DNA of 64,000 bases from Candidatus Thorarchaeota archaeon (GCA_003345545.1 PRDH01000026.1:86944-150943), one strand, 5' to 3'. Positions 36,337 through 47,257 are shown, counted from the first letter of the stretch. Numbers and translations: made by a program. The notes: a model not told the origin generated them from the sequence alone.

Positions 36337-37158
36337 ATGAGTTCATCCAGAACAGGTACCAGAGGGATATTGGTATCTTTTGATGAGCCGTTTTTTACCA
36401 ATGTCTACATCATATTCGGAAATGAACATGTGTTTGTGCTTGACACATTTCTTGGCAATGACCCAATGAAGATTGTACGTCATTTGATAGAAGATGAGGG
36501 ATGTGCAAGTATGCCCTTAATCATCTTCAATTCACATGCTGACTATGACCACTACTGGGGCAATGGTGCCTTCAAGGATGCGTCAATTGTAGGACATGAA
36601 CATTGTCGTCAGAGAATCATTTCTGAGGGCGAGGCGTCTCTCGTGAAGTATGCAAACCATGTGAGAGGCAAGGTGGAGTTGCTACCACCCACACGTACAT
36701 TTCAAGAAGCCTTGAGGTATGAGGATGAAGAGGTGGCATTCTTCCATACTCCTGGGCATACTCTTGATTCATCATCCTGCTTTGATGACAAAGACAGAAT
36801 TCTCTTTGTAGGGGACAATGTTGAGAGTCCAATTCCTTACCTGAATCACGCTAATTTTGAGGAGTATATTCGAAGTCTGGAGTCATATCTCGAACTTGAT
36901 TGGAAACTCATCATTGCCGGTCATGATCCCCCCCTGAGAGAATCGCACCTCATCAAACGAAACATTGACTACCTACGCAAGTTCAAAGATTGGAGCATTG
37001 ACCTTGGTGCATTAAGTAGTTCTGAACTTCATCGCCATATTCATGACAATCTAAAAACAATCAGAGCTGAACTAATCAGAAGCAAGGATAGGCAAGCGGC
37101 AATGAAACATCTTGAAGAGGCTAGGGAATACACCACTCTCAAGACACTACGACCCTGA
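36337..37158 (+). CDS. Metallo-beta-lactamase-fold hydrolase
   Basis: DT, SHADYDHYWGN, TPGHT, FVGD and AGH. Confidence 0.85.
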   Translation: MSSSRTGTRGILVSFDEPFFTNVYIIFGNEHVFVLDTFLGNDPMKIVRHLIEDEGCASMPLIIFNSHADYDHYWGNGAFKDASIVGHEHCRQRIISEGEASLVKYANHVRGKVELLPPTRTFQEALRYEDEEVAFFHTPGHTLDSSSCFDDKDRILFVGDNVESPIPYLNHANFEEYIRSLESYLELDWKLIIAGHDPPLRESHLIKRNIDYLRKFKDWSIDLGALSSSELHRHIHDNLKTIRAELIRSKDRQAAMKHLEEAREYTTLKTLRP

Positions 37159-37185
37159 GGTGCTGAAGGCAAACTGTCAGTGGTT

Positions 37186-38865
37186 CTATTGTTTTGCCTT
37201 CATGGCTTCTTGCTCTTTCAGATCCCTTCGAAGCACTTTGCCCACCAGTGTTTCGGGAAGTTCCTTTCTAAACTCGACGGACTTGGGAACTTTGTAGGGT
37301 GAAACACTCTTTCGGCAAAACTCCCGAATTCCATTCTCAAGCTCAGGGCTTCCCTTGAATCCTTCTTTCAAGACTACATATGCTTTGACGAGCTCACTTC
37401 CCTTCATCTTTGGGTCTGGAATACCAATGACAGCCGCGTTCTCGATGGCTTCATGCTCAAAGAGCACATCTTCCACTTCCCGTGGATAGACCTTGAATCC
37501 ACTGACATCAATCATGTCCTTCTTTCTATCCATTATGAAGAAGTATCCATCCTCGTCCATTCTTCCTATGTCGCCGGTCAGGAGCCATCCATCTTTAATC
37601 TGGTCAGCTGTGGCCGCTGGTTTGTTCCAATAGCCCATCATGACCTGCGGACCCCTAATCATTATCTCTCCCTGCTCTCCTATGGGCATGATTTTTCTGT
37701 AGTCATCGGTATCCACGATTCTTACCTCTGTGTCTGGAAGTGGTACGCCAATTGATCCTATTTTCCGTACTCCTTTGATAGGATTGCTGTGAGTGACTGG
37801 AGAGCATTCAGTAAGCCCGTATCCTTCAATTACGACGCAGCCAGTTCTCTTCTCAAACTCATGCAAGACTTCGGGAGGCATAGCTGCAGCGCCAGTATTG
37901 CAGAATCGTATTGACCTCAGGTCCTTTGCATAGTCCTCGAGGTCATCGCGTTCTAGCAATTTCATGTACATCGTTGGCACGCCAGGAAACATCGATGGTT
38001 TGGTCTCTCGAACAATCTCGAACAGTGATTTCTGATCTCGAGCATCAGGATTCAAAGCAATCCGAGAAGCATTGTATACCCAAACGTTCATACACACTGT
38101 CATTCCGTAAATATGGAATAAAGGCAAGTTAGTAAGTCCGGTTTCCTTTCCTCGTTGCATTTGCGAAGAAACCAAGGTGTGCACAGCAATACAGTTTGAA
38201 AGCAAGTTACGATGTGTAAGCATGGCTCCTTTCGGGAGTCCTGAAGTCCCACCTGTATATTGAAGCACTGCGATCGTTTTCTTAGGATCGATTTTGAACT
38301 GAGGAGGACTAGGTTTTGTTTTGCCTATCAAGTTCAGAAACTGTATCGTTCCCGCAATTTCAGGGGGGTTTCTTGGAGCATTTGGAATAAAGTCCATGAC
38401 ACTAGTAATGATGATGTTCCTGAGTCGCGTGCGGTCCTTGATATTGTTGATTTTCTCAAGCTGAGCATCCCAAGCTATGATGGTTTCAGCCCCGGAATCA
38501 TTAAGCTGGAATGCCAGCTCAGGCTCGGTCAATAACACGCTGCATGCTGTTACAGTCCCGCCTGCTTTTAGAATCCCATAGAAACTGAATAGGTATTGCG
38601 GAAAGTTCGGAATCATGATTGCGACTGTATCACCTTGCTTCACACCCAGATTCCGAAGTGCAGTTGCAAGTCGGTCAGCTATATCCTTGAACTCCTTATA
38701 TGATATCTTTCTCTTCATGAACCAGATTGCAGTACAACCTCCGAAATCATTTGCAGAATTGTCCAGTATCTCATATAGATTCATTTCAGGATAGTCTATG
38801 TGTTCAGGTACACCTTGGTCATAGTGTTTCAACCATGGTTTAGCCGCATATGGGTCTTCGCTCAT
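37186..38865 (-). CDS. fadD: Long-chain fatty acid-CoA ligase (AMP-binding)
   Basis: YTGGTSGLPKG, LPLFHIYG, GYGLTE, TGDIG, DRKKD and GKVLRR. Confidence 0.9.
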   Translation of the reverse strand: MSEDPYAAKPWLKHYDQGVPEHIDYPEMNLYEILDNSANDFGGCTAIWFMKRKISYKEFKDIADRLATALRNLGVKQGDTVAIMIPNFPQYLFSFYGILKAGGTVTACSVLLTEPELAFQLNDSGAETIIAWDAQLEKINNIKDRTRLRNIIITSVMDFIPNAPRNPPEIAGTIQFLNLIGKTKPSPPQFKIDPKKTIAVLQYTGGTSGLPKGAMLTHRNLLSNCIAVHTLVSSQMQRGKETGLTNLPLFHIYGMTVCMNVWVYNASRIALNPDARDQKSLFEIVRETKPSMFPGVPTMYMKLLERDDLEDYAKDLRSIRFCNTGAAAMPPEVLHEFEKRTGCVVIEGYGLTECSPVTHSNPIKGVRKIGSIGVPLPDTEVRIVDTDDYRKIMPIGEQGEIMIRGPQVMMGYWNKPAATADQIKDGWLLTGDIGRMDEDGYFFIMDRKKDMIDVSGFKVYPREVEDVLFEHEAIENAAVIGIPDPKMKGSELVKAYVVLKEGFKGSPELENGIREFCRKSVSPYKVPKSVEFRKELPETLVGKVLRRDLKEQEAMKAKQ

Positions 38866-38880
38866 CTCAATCGGCTTGTC

Positions 38881-40224
38881 TTATTGCTCTCCACCTATTA
38901 AGTCAAGTGCTTCTTGAGCAGCCTCAGAAACATAATCATACTCGTCCTCGAGCAGATTCGTTAGAGCTGGGATAAGGCTAGCATTCGATATTCCCACCTT
39001 TCCAAGAGCCTCTGACGCACGCCATCTAACATCTGGTTTCTTATCGCCTAATGCGACCACAAGGGCAGGAACTGAAGCAGAAGCAGATGCACCTAGTTTT
39101 CCAAGACTTAGTGCAGCTTCACGCCGCACAATGCTCTCCTCGTCTGTCAGAGCATCCATCAATGCTTGGACAACCGAGTCATCTGGAACTCCGATTCTGC
39201 CTAATGCACTGGCGGCTTCTGCACGAACATCAGTCCCAACACCTTTCAAAATCGTGATTAGAGTCGGAATTGCATCTACAGCCTCCCTGCCAATGCCTCC
39301 AATCGTAGAGATTATTATTATCTTCATTTGTTTTCTGGCGGGTATATACGAGTTCACTAGTGAAGGAATCGCATCTCTTCCAATTGACCGGAGCGCGTCA
39401 GCTGCTTTTCCACGAACACTCTCAACTTTGTCTTCCAGGAGTGATGCTACTGAGCCAACTATCTTCTTGTCAGCTACTTTCATCTCGCCTAAAGCTTCTA
39501 TTGCCCCCTGTCGGACAACTGGATTCGGGTCGTTAAGAACTTCTAGAATCGATGGGATAGCTGGCTCGCGAATTTGAACAAGCGTGTTTATTGATCTATA
39601 TCGAACTCTCCAATCATCGTCTTCCAGAGTCTTGATTAGAGTTGGAATTGCCTCGCTTGAGCCTTTGCCAATTCTCTCTATAGCTTGAGCCGATGCGGTC
39701 CTTATGGTCCAACCTGGATCCCTCAGACTCTGTATCAATCTTGGGATCGCTTTGTGTGCACCATGTCCCATCTTTCCCAAGGTCTTTGCAGCTTCAGTTC
39801 GAACCTCTTCATCCTGATCATCAAGGGCTGCAATTAGTCTTGAAATAGCCTCATCTGAGGCAATTCCGATTCTGCCTAGGGAAACTGCTGCCTCTCTTCT
39901 AATTGACACTTCTTGGTCACTTAGTAGAAAAGATAATTTGGGGGTGGCGTCAACTGCGGCCTCCCCGATTCTTCCAAGCGATTTTGTGGCTTCTCGACAG
40001 ATACTCCAATCATTATCCTCTAGGCAGTCTATTAGTTCTGAAACACTGCTGGCAGCTCTTTCACCCAGTTCTCCTAGGGATAGTGCTGCATTGAATCGAA
40101 CTGAACGAATGTCGCTAGTGAGACACTTGACTATCTCACCTATGACGCTTGAATCCTTCTCCGCTCTTGCTACAACTAATTCAACTTTCGCATCACGCAG
40201 AAGGTCTTCCAAAGATGCTGACAT
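38881..40224 (-). CDS. HEAT/PBS-lyase repeat protein
   Basis: About 13 repeats of PxLIxxLxDxxxxVRxxAAxALGxIG. Confidence 0.9.
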   Translation of the reverse strand: MSASLEDLLRDAKVELVVARAEKDSSVIGEIVKCLTSDIRSVRFNAALSLGELGERAASSVSELIDCLEDNDWSICREATKSLGRIGEAAVDATPKLSFLLSDQEVSIRREAAVSLGRIGIASDEAISRLIAALDDQDEEVRTEAAKTLGKMGHGAHKAIPRLIQSLRDPGWTIRTASAQAIERIGKGSSEAIPTLIKTLEDDDWRVRYRSINTLVQIREPAIPSILEVLNDPNPVVRQGAIEALGEMKVADKKIVGSVASLLEDKVESVRGKAADALRSIGRDAIPSLVNSYIPARKQMKIIIISTIGGIGREAVDAIPTLITILKGVGTDVRAEAASALGRIGVPDDSVVQALMDALTDEESIVRREAALSLGKLGASASASVPALVVALGDKKPDVRWRASEALGKVGISNASLIPALTNLLEDEYDYVSEAAQEALDLIGGEQ

Positions 40225-40235
40225 TTCGACACTTC

Positions 40236-40949
40236 CTATATCCCAAGGTATACTCTCTTGATTCGAGGCTCCCTTTCGAGTTCTTCTCTTGTTCCACTCA
40301 ACTCTATCTTTCCATCTTCAAGGACATGAATGGTATCAGCAACTTCCATTGCCAATACTGCATCCTGCTCGACCAAGAGAGTGGTGGTTCCCTCTTGTTT
40401 TATCTGCCTTATGGCTTCAAAAATCCTGTCCTTGACCCTTGGCGCAAGTCCCAGTGAAGGTTCGTCCAGAAGCAAGAATCTTGGATTGGCCATTAGTGAC
40501 CTGGCGATGGCCAGCATTTGTTGTTCACCGCCACTCAGAGTACCAGCTCTCTGTTTGGTTCGTTCATGGAGTCTTGGAAAAATCTCAAACACGAAGTCCA
40601 AGAGCTTTGAATACTTCGCTTTGTCTTTCAAAGTGTATGCGCCTAGCTCAATATTCTCCATGACAGTCATGTCATAGAACAATCGTCTACGTTCTGGACA
40701 ATGAGCAATACCTCTTTGAGCAATCTCATGCGCCTTCAGTTCATCAATCCTTTCTCCTTCGAAGATGATTCTCCCGCGGTCTATCTCCTCCAGTCCCGAG
40801 ATAGCTCGAAGTAGAGTGGATTTTCCAGCACCATTTGGACCAATTACAGCATCTAGTGCATTAGCTTCCACTGTGAGGTTGATCTCTTCAAGAGCTTTTG
40901 CTTTTCCGTAGTAGAGATAGACTTTCTTCAGCTCAAGCAAACTCTTCAC
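40236..40949 (-). CDS. livF: LIV-type ABC ATPase
   Basis: GPNGAGKS, LSGGEQQMLA, LLDEPSLGLAP and VEQ. Confidence 0.92.
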   Translation of the reverse strand: MKSLLELKKVYLYYGKAKALEEINLTVEANALDAVIGPNGAGKSTLLRAISGLEEIDRGRIIFEGERIDELKAHEIAQRGIAHCPERRRLFYDMTVMENIELGAYTLKDKAKYSKLLDFVFEIFPRLHERTKQRAGTLSGGEQQMLAIARSLMANPRFLLLDEPSLGLAPRVKDRIFEAIRQIKQEGTTTLLVEQDAVLAMEVADTIHVLEDGKIELSGTREELEREPRIKRVYLGI

Positions 40950-41673
40950 CTCTGCCTAAGTATGCCTCAAGAACAATCCTGTTGTTTGCGACCTCCTTCG
41001 GCGGTCCTTCTGCAATCAACCTTCCTTGATGCATGGCAATGACTCTCGGTACTAGTGTCATTAACTCATGCAGAACATGTCCAGTCATGAATATAGTGAC
41101 ACCTTCGTCAGTCAGCTGCTCAATCAGCTTAGTTATACCTACTCTTTCTTCATGAGCAAGACCACTAAATGGTTCATCAAGAAGAAGAAACTCCGGATTT
41201 GTGCCAAGCGCCTTTCCTATTTCGAGTTTTCTCAAATCCCCATGTGGCAAGATCACTGGAGGAAGTCTGGCCTTATCTACTAGGCCCACTGACGCTAGGA
41301 TCGAGCTCGCAGCCGCATCTATTCCGATTTCTCCAAATGCCTCCTTTCCGCGAGGTGAGAGGCAAGCAACTGATATATTGTCAAGAAGGCTCAGATATCG
41401 AAACGAGCGAACTAATTGAAAGGTACGAGCCATCCCCAGATTGACAATCTGATAAGGCTTTTTTCCAGTTATGTCCACTCCGTTGAAACGGACGGAACCC
41501 GAGTTGGGTTTTTCAAAGCCTGATATCAATTGAAAAAGCGTGGTCTTGCCAGCTCCATTGGGTCCAATGAGGCCCAGAATCTCTCCACGGTGTACCTCGA
41601 AATTGACATCATTGACAGCAGTCAGTCCGCCGAATTTCTTCGTCAGATTCTTTACTTCCAGGATTAGACCCAT
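40933..41673 (-). CDS. livG: LIV-type ABC ATPase
   Basis: FGGLTAVNDV, GPNGAGKT, ARTFQ and LLDEPFSGL; start placed at ATG 41673. Confidence 0.92.
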   Translation of the reverse strand: MGLILEVKNLTKKFGGLTAVNDVNFEVHRGEILGLIGPNGAGKTTLFQLISGFEKPNSGSVRFNGVDITGKKPYQIVNLGMARTFQLVRSFRYLSLLDNISVACLSPRGKEAFGEIGIDAAASSILASVGLVDKARLPPVILPHGDLRKLEIGKALGTNPEFLLLDEPFSGLAHEERVGITKLIEQLTDEGVTIFMTGHVLHELMTLVPRVIAMHQGRLIAEGPPKEVANNRIVLEAYLGRGEEFA

Positions 41674-41674
41674 C

Positions 41675-42676
41675 TTACCTTCCTCGTATCTTGTCCCATA
41701 GATCCTGTACATGCCCTAGGACCGGATTCATAACACCCTCTTCAGCAAAACGGATAATAAGAATCAGAATTGTGGCGAATATCAGTAATGAAGCTGCTGC
41801 TAGCGGTCTCAGGAGCTCGCCCGTTAATCTAAACAGAAATGCTCCAACGATTGATCCATAGATTGTCGCAATCCCTCCAATAGAGGCCATTACAATTGCA
41901 TAGAAGGAGTAGAGCGGCTGAAAAAGAGCAGGATTTACCGCTGTCGTGTCCAAGACGAAAAGAGCGCCTGCTATTCCCGCGAATAGACCACTCACCATGA
42001 ATGCGATGAGTTTGTAGACGGTCGTATTGATCCCCGTAGCGTCTGCTCCTACTTCATCATCTCTAATTGCTTTGAGGATTGTACCAAGGTTCGAATCAAC
42101 AATGGCACGCATAATGATTAATGAAGCGACCATAAAAGCTGCTACGATATAGAAAACAACAAAGACATCTCCAATATTGGGCAACGCAGAGATGCCCTCT
42201 GTACCACCAAGCCAGTCCCCTGTCAAGAATAAGTTGTAGAGAATCAGCGCAAATGCCAGAGTTCCGAGGGCCAAATACGGTCCCTTCAGCCTCAGACACG
42301 GGATCCCTATCAGGAGACTGAATATCACTGCGCAACCGGCACCGATGAAAATCGCAACAAACCAATGAACCCCATAGAATTTTACTAATGCCGCTGTAAA
42401 GTACCCTGATATGCCAAAAAAGGCTGCATGCCCGAAGCTGGTTTGTCCTGCAAAACCTGCTAGAAGATCCCAGCTGGCAGCAAAGATTGCAAGTATCATT
42501 GCAGTGATAACGATTGTCACTAGATACTCCCTTCCAGTCAGTGGAAGACATAGTAATCCTCCTAAGCAGACCAGTGTGATGCCTCCTCGAAATGAGAACG
42601 CCCACTTTACAAAACGATTTACTAGGGCCTCGAAGCGATTTCCAGCCGACTCCCAATCGAACTGAAGTTTCACCAT
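41675..42676 (-). CDS. livM: LIV-type ABC permease
   Basis: GFAGQTSFGHAAFFG, RLKGPYLA and AIRDDE. Confidence 0.9.
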   Translation of the reverse strand: MVKLQFDWESAGNRFEALVNRFVKWAFSFRGGITLVCLGGLLCLPLTGREYLVTIVITAMILAIFAASWDLLAGFAGQTSFGHAAFFGISGYFTAALVKFYGVHWFVAIFIGAGCAVIFSLLIGIPCLRLKGPYLALGTLAFALILYNLFLTGDWLGGTEGISALPNIGDVFVVFYIVAAFMVASLIIMRAIVDSNLGTILKAIRDDEVGADATGINTTVYKLIAFMVSGLFAGIAGALFVLDTTAVNPALFQPLYSFYAIVMASIGGIATIYGSIVGAFLFRLTGELLRPLAAASLLIFATILILIIRFAEEGVMNPVLGHVQDLWDKIRGR

Positions 42677-42679
42677 TGG

Positions 42680-43564
42680 TTATTGCAGCCCCTTCTTTCC
42701 TAGCAGTCCTTGTGGTCTGAGTAATAGCATTACTAGTATCACAATAAGCGGCACTATCTCAGAGAAACTCGGGTTTATGAGATAGTCAGTCAGTGATGTG
42801 GCATATCCCATTACATATGCACCAAGAATGCTCCCTGGAATACTGCCCATACCTCCAAAGATTGTCACTGAAAACGCAAGTAAAAGATATCCCCAGCCGA
42901 TTCTTGGGGCGATATAGTTCCCTGGAGCGTACAAGACCGCAGCAAATCCAACAAGCAATGCGGATATCATCAAGCTAGTCATCATGACCCTATCAGTGTT
43001 AATTCCAACCAGTTTTGCCGCTTCAGAATCTTGAGAAACGGCTCGAATCGACTTCCCTATCTTCGACCTATTTATGAATAGGGTCACCAACGTAACGAGT
43101 ATCACAGACCCTAATACAAACACTAGTTGCTGCTGTAAAACTCGTACTCCAAGGATTGTGACGATATTTGGAACAGGCGGCACAATATAGTGACTCTTTG
43201 GATCTCCTGCGAAACTCACGAACTGCTCGAAAAAGAAAGCCAATGCGAACGTTACTATTACGACTCCGATGTGCGATTTCTGTAGTGGCTTCATGAGACC
43301 GAGGTACGTGACTGCTCCGATTGCTACTACGCAGCTCAGACTGATGACTGCTGCAATCCCGAAAAGGAGGGGATAGTAGGATAGTGCAGGAATTGCGGCC
43401 AAGAGGGGGATAGTCCAATAGAGTATGTAAGCTGTAATGAGGAAGAATGCTCCATGAGCTAGATTCAGCAGTCCTCCTACGCCATATACCAAAGAGAACC
43501 CTAAGGCTAGGAGAGCCAGGAGTGCTCCTCGTATCGTGCCAAATATCAGTATCTCTAGGAACAT
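42680..43564 (-). CDS. livH: LIV-type ABC permease
   Basis: ALGFSLVYG..NLAHG, IRAVSQD, GGMGS and RPQGLLG; start placed at ATG 43564. Confidence 0.9.
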   Translation of the reverse strand: MFLEILIFGTIRGALLALLALGFSLVYGVGGLLNLAHGAFFLITAYILYWTIPLLAAIPALSYYPLLFGIAAVISLSCVVAIGAVTYLGLMKPLQKSHIGVVIVTFALAFFFEQFVSFAGDPKSHYIVPPVPNIVTILGVRVLQQQLVFVLGSVILVTLVTLFINRSKIGKSIRAVSQDSEAAKLVGINTDRVMMTSLMISALLVGFAAVLYAPGNYIAPRIGWGYLLLAFSVTIFGGMGSIPGSILGAYVMGYATSLTDYLINPSFSEIVPLIVILVMLLLRPQGLLGKKGLQ

Positions 43565-43617
43565 AATGTTCACCTTTCGTTGCACAGGATGACCAGGAGT
43601 TGTTTCGAAACTGGATG

Positions 43618-43643
43618 GACCCCCCCATAAAAAGGGGGGAGTC
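43618..43643 (-). terminator. Intercistronic GC-rich hairpin after the binding-protein gene
   Basis: Minus strand C-run / T-rich loop / G-run hairpin closed by GAC...GTC, lying between livK and livH. Confidence 0.5.
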
Positions 43644-43673
43644 GTAGTCAATTAGTGTCTATATTCGTATGAC

Positions 43674-45098
43674 CTATGTGTTTATGCCCCACGGCGGAAG
43701 TACCAATGGTGCTGTCACGATTGAGTTCGGATAGACCAGACCTCCTGTTGACACACATTCCTTATTGCCACCTGCCTGCCATTGACAGAACAATGCCACG
43801 GAGAAGATTTTGCCGCCGATGTATCCCTCCCACAGGTCGTGAGTTCGAGTGAAGGCAATATTTCCACCCGCACCTATCCACGGAGTTGTGGTGTTCATAG
43901 CTTCTAGATGGGGAATAATCAATGTCGAGTTAAACGACTGTGCTCGGTCAATACCTTCTGCTAGTATGTACATGGAGTCATAGCTTCCTACTGCAGTATA
44001 TAGGGGATCTGACCCGTATTTCTCAATAAAGGCATCCCAGAATGGGATTGTCAATGCTGTCTTGTTGGTTCGGATCGTTGACTGCAATTGGACCTCATAC
44101 ATACAAGCGCCACCAGTCTCATTCCAGTAGCTGTCAAGTTGGCTCATCACGTCAATACCGGCCATCATAGTCTTTGGCTGAACTGCGGCATACTGGGTGC
44201 TCATGAGAATTCCACCTTGTGCAGAGATGATTGGAATAGTTATTTGTGCTCCCGCCGCCTCAATCTGCTGCCAATATGTCGTAAAGGCAGCGGCCTCAGA
44301 CGTGATTGGGTAAGCAACCTCCTTTACGATTGTCAAATTGTACAATGGTAGGTAGCCGTTGAGGAAAGCACTCATACCCACCGTCCAATCGAGGTCTTCA
44401 CGGATGATAGCGACTTTCGAAATAGTTCTGTTCAATACCACACCCATATACTGCCTCAGATATAGTATGTACCTCAGCAGCGATCTTGCTAATGAGGTAG
44501 AGTTGATTGGCATCGTACGGAAGAAGTACTTGTACCTCTCATAATTAGATGTAACGTTCGGTCCGGGCGGTGCTGGCCATGGGCCACCCGACACCTTCTG
44601 ACAGAACGTATCAGTAGAAGCACCTGTGCCAAAGAGGAGCATCTTCTCATCCATTATGATCTCTTCATATGCCAGTAACGATTCGGTTCTGAATCCGCCT
44701 ATAATGAATTGGGCGCCATCTTCGGTGATGATCTTTGTTGCAGCCGCAGTCCCTTTAGATATATCGAGACTAGTTTCAGATTCGAACGTGTCTTCTGCGA
44801 TAAGTCCGAAGTAGTACGTTTCACCACCGACGGTGACACCGCCAGCTTGGTTTATCTCATCGCACGCCAAATAAGCTCCCATCCATGCTCCTTCGCCTTG
44901 GATCTCAGTCATAGGATCTAGAATTCCTACGACGATAATCCGATTCTGAGGAGTCCCAGCAGGAGCGCCAGGTGTGACCAGCTGACCTATGACTATTGCA
45001 CCATAAGGAGCTGCAGGTAGCATTAGATACACGCCAACACCTACGCCTGCTATGATTATGACGATGAGAGCTATGGCTACGATTTGTTTAGTTTCCAT
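43674..45098 (-). CDS. livK: LIV-type ABC substrate-binding protein, N-terminal TM anchor
   Basis: GAYLACDEINQAGGV, IIGGFRTE, YFFR and YDSMYILAEGIDRAQS. Confidence 0.85.
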   Translation of the reverse strand: METKQIVAIALIVIIIAGVGVGVYLMLPAAPYGAIVIGQLVTPGAPAGTPQNRIIVVGILDPMTEIQGEGAWMGAYLACDEINQAGGVTVGGETYYFGLIAEDTFESETSLDISKGTAAATKIITEDGAQFIIGGFRTESLLAYEEIIMDEKMLLFGTGASTDTFCQKVSGGPWPAPPGPNVTSNYERYKYFFRTMPINSTSLARSLLRYILYLRQYMGVVLNRTISKVAIIREDLDWTVGMSAFLNGYLPLYNLTIVKEVAYPITSEAAAFTTYWQQIEAAGAQITIPIISAQGGILMSTQYAAVQPKTMMAGIDVMSQLDSYWNETGGACMYEVQLQSTIRTNKTALTIPFWDAFIEKYGSDPLYTAVGSYDSMYILAEGIDRAQSFNSTLIIPHLEAMNTTTPWIGAGGNIAFTRTHDLWEGYIGGKIFSVALFCQWQAGGNKECVSTGGLVYPNSIVTAPLVLPPWGINT

Positions 45099-45285
45099 AG
45101 AGTTCTCTCCTTCATCTCCTCTCCAATTGAGATGTAATCTTTTCAGTACTAACGGCTCTATTTAAGCGTTGGTTAATTTCTAGTGCCTAGATATCTGATT
45201 GATTTTCAGCATTATAGTATTAGACATCTCACGCGCGCTCAACCCCTTGGGTTTGCGTCCATCAATTCAGGATTAGACGGTTGAA

Positions 45286-45310
45286 GAGGCGTAATCACGA
45301 GATACGCCTC
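45286..45310. promoter_or_regulatory. Perfect 8-bp inverted repeat (operator candidate) between divergent livK and pepF
   Basis: GAGGCGTA-N9-TACGCCTC. Confidence 0.35.
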
Positions 45311-45417
45311 GTTCTGCACAAGTTCATTCTAGGAAGAATCATGGATTATCAGGTATCAATGCCTTCTACATAGTATACATAAGACACGAGAATTCGCATT
45401 CACATGGCACGACAATC

Positions 45418-47202
45418 ATGACCGAGTCAGAGAAAATGAATTGGGACCTCTCCCAGATGGTCGAATTCGATGATCCAGGTTACATTGAAGAGCGTCTTGG
45501 AGCTGCTGCTAAGGCAGCGGAGGAATTCCGTGAGAAGCATCATGGGAATATCGAGGATTATGACGCACAGCAAGTTCGCGAGCTCTATGACGCCATGAAT
45601 GAAATGGAACTTCAATTCGATGGGCCAATGACCTACGCTCGATTAATGTATACTGCTGACATGAAGAATGACACAGCAAAACGGCTCTATGACAGGTTCA
45701 GGAATGCCATGTCGCAAGTCATGCAGGCTCTGGCCTTTCTTGAAATCGAATTGGGGGCATTGCTGACAAACAATCCCGGCCTGATAGATGATTCACACCT
45801 AGAAGAATACAGGCACAGCCTCGAAAGGATTCGAAGGAACATTCCTCACATGCTAACAGAGGCAGAGGAACAAGTCGTCATCGCCAAGGACAAAAACGGA
45901 GTTCGGGCATGGTCAATGTTGCAGGGAGACTGGCTAGCTACTCGGCAATACAACGTAGAGATTGATGGAGAGATGAAGACTCTTCCTTACGGTGAGATAG
46001 TCGGGCTCTATGAACACCCAGACCGTGATTTGCGTAAGAGAGCACATCAAGTGGTCTATGAAGGTCTTGGCAAGGATGAGATAGTCTGGGCGTCAGCTTT
46101 ACGCTCGGTCTTTTCAGACCATCTCACCATGTGTGACTTGAGGAAATGGCCTTCTCCAATGACTCAGAGCTACATCGCTAATGATGTTGATGAAGCGGCC
46201 GTCACAGCTCTCATGAACACAATCGAGAGGAACGTGGATGTTTACAGACGTTACCTGAAGCTCAAGGCAAAAGCAATGGGCCTGAGGAAACTAGGAAACT
46301 GGGATATCGACGCGCCCCTGCCAAACGCTCCGAGTAAGAAATACAAGTGGGACGAGGCGCGAAGAATCGTTGTTGCTGCGTACAATGACTTTGATGAAGA
46401 AGTAGGCGGATGGATCAGTGAGATGTACGAGCGCCGTCACATCGACGGTCAAGTACGTGACGGAAAAAGATCAGGCGCATTCTGTTGGACTTGGCACGCG
46501 GGAAAGAGTGCATACATACTTCAGAGCTTCAATGGAGTAATGGGGGACCTCTACACACAGGCGCATGAACTTGGGCATGCAATGCATGCATATCTCGGAA
46601 CAAGAGCACAAAAACCATCGAACTACAAAATCGGCAGTTGCGTAGCAGAAACCGGATCTATCTTTGGGGAATTGCTGCTGACAGAGGAGCTCCTTGCTCA
46701 GGTGCACAAGAAAGAAGAGAAGCAGGCAATCCTTGCCGCAGTCTTGGACGGCTTCGGTGGTGCAGCATATCAGGTATCCACGAGAGTATGGTTTGAGAGT
46801 ATGTTGTATGATGCGATTGAAAAGGGCAAGTTCCTTGATGGAGAGAAGGTATCTGAGCTATGGGTGAATGCCCGTGACAAGATGTATGGGAACTCTGTCG
46901 AATGGCTACCTGAGATGAAATGGTGGTGGACCATGAAGCTGCACTTCTACATGGCTAACTACAGATACTACAACTACCCATATGTCTATGCTCAGCTCTT
47001 TGTCTATGCGATGTATAGACTGTACAAGGAGCAGGGGAATGGATTCGTTCCAAAGCTTAAGAAACTTCTGGCCGCTGGTTCTAGTAGATCGCCGCGAGCC
47101 CTCGCCGCAGATATTGGTTTCGACATCACCACTGAGGCGTTCTGGCAGAAGGGCATTGACCAATTCTCTGAGTTTGTCAAGAGGTTCGAGAAGACTCTCT
47201 AG
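45418..47202 (+). CDS. pepF: Oligoendopeptidase F (peptidase M3B)
   Basis: WDLS, GKRSGAFC, AHELGHAMH, AETGSIFGE and HFY..YYNYPY. Confidence 0.93.
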   Translation: MTESEKMNWDLSQMVEFDDPGYIEERLGAAAKAAEEFREKHHGNIEDYDAQQVRELYDAMNEMELQFDGPMTYARLMYTADMKNDTAKRLYDRFRNAMSQVMQALAFLEIELGALLTNNPGLIDDSHLEEYRHSLERIRRNIPHMLTEAEEQVVIAKDKNGVRAWSMLQGDWLATRQYNVEIDGEMKTLPYGEIVGLYEHPDRDLRKRAHQVVYEGLGKDEIVWASALRSVFSDHLTMCDLRKWPSPMTQSYIANDVDEAAVTALMNTIERNVDVYRRYLKLKAKAMGLRKLGNWDIDAPLPNAPSKKYKWDEARRIVVAAYNDFDEEVGGWISEMYERRHIDGQVRDGKRSGAFCWTWHAGKSAYILQSFNGVMGDLYTQAHELGHAMHAYLGTRAQKPSNYKIGSCVAETGSIFGELLLTEELLAQVHKKEEKQAILAAVLDGFGGAAYQVSTRVWFESMLYDAIEKGKFLDGEKVSELWVNARDKMYGNSVEWLPEMKWWWTMKLHFYMANYRYYNYPYVYAQLFVYAMYRLYKEQGNGFVPKLKKLLAAGSSRSPRALAADIGFDITTEAFWQKGIDQFSEFVKRFEKTL

Positions 47203-47257
47203 ACGAGTATTCGAAGGGCTATTCTGGGTACCCTGTTCCTGCGAGTACTCGAGAGTA

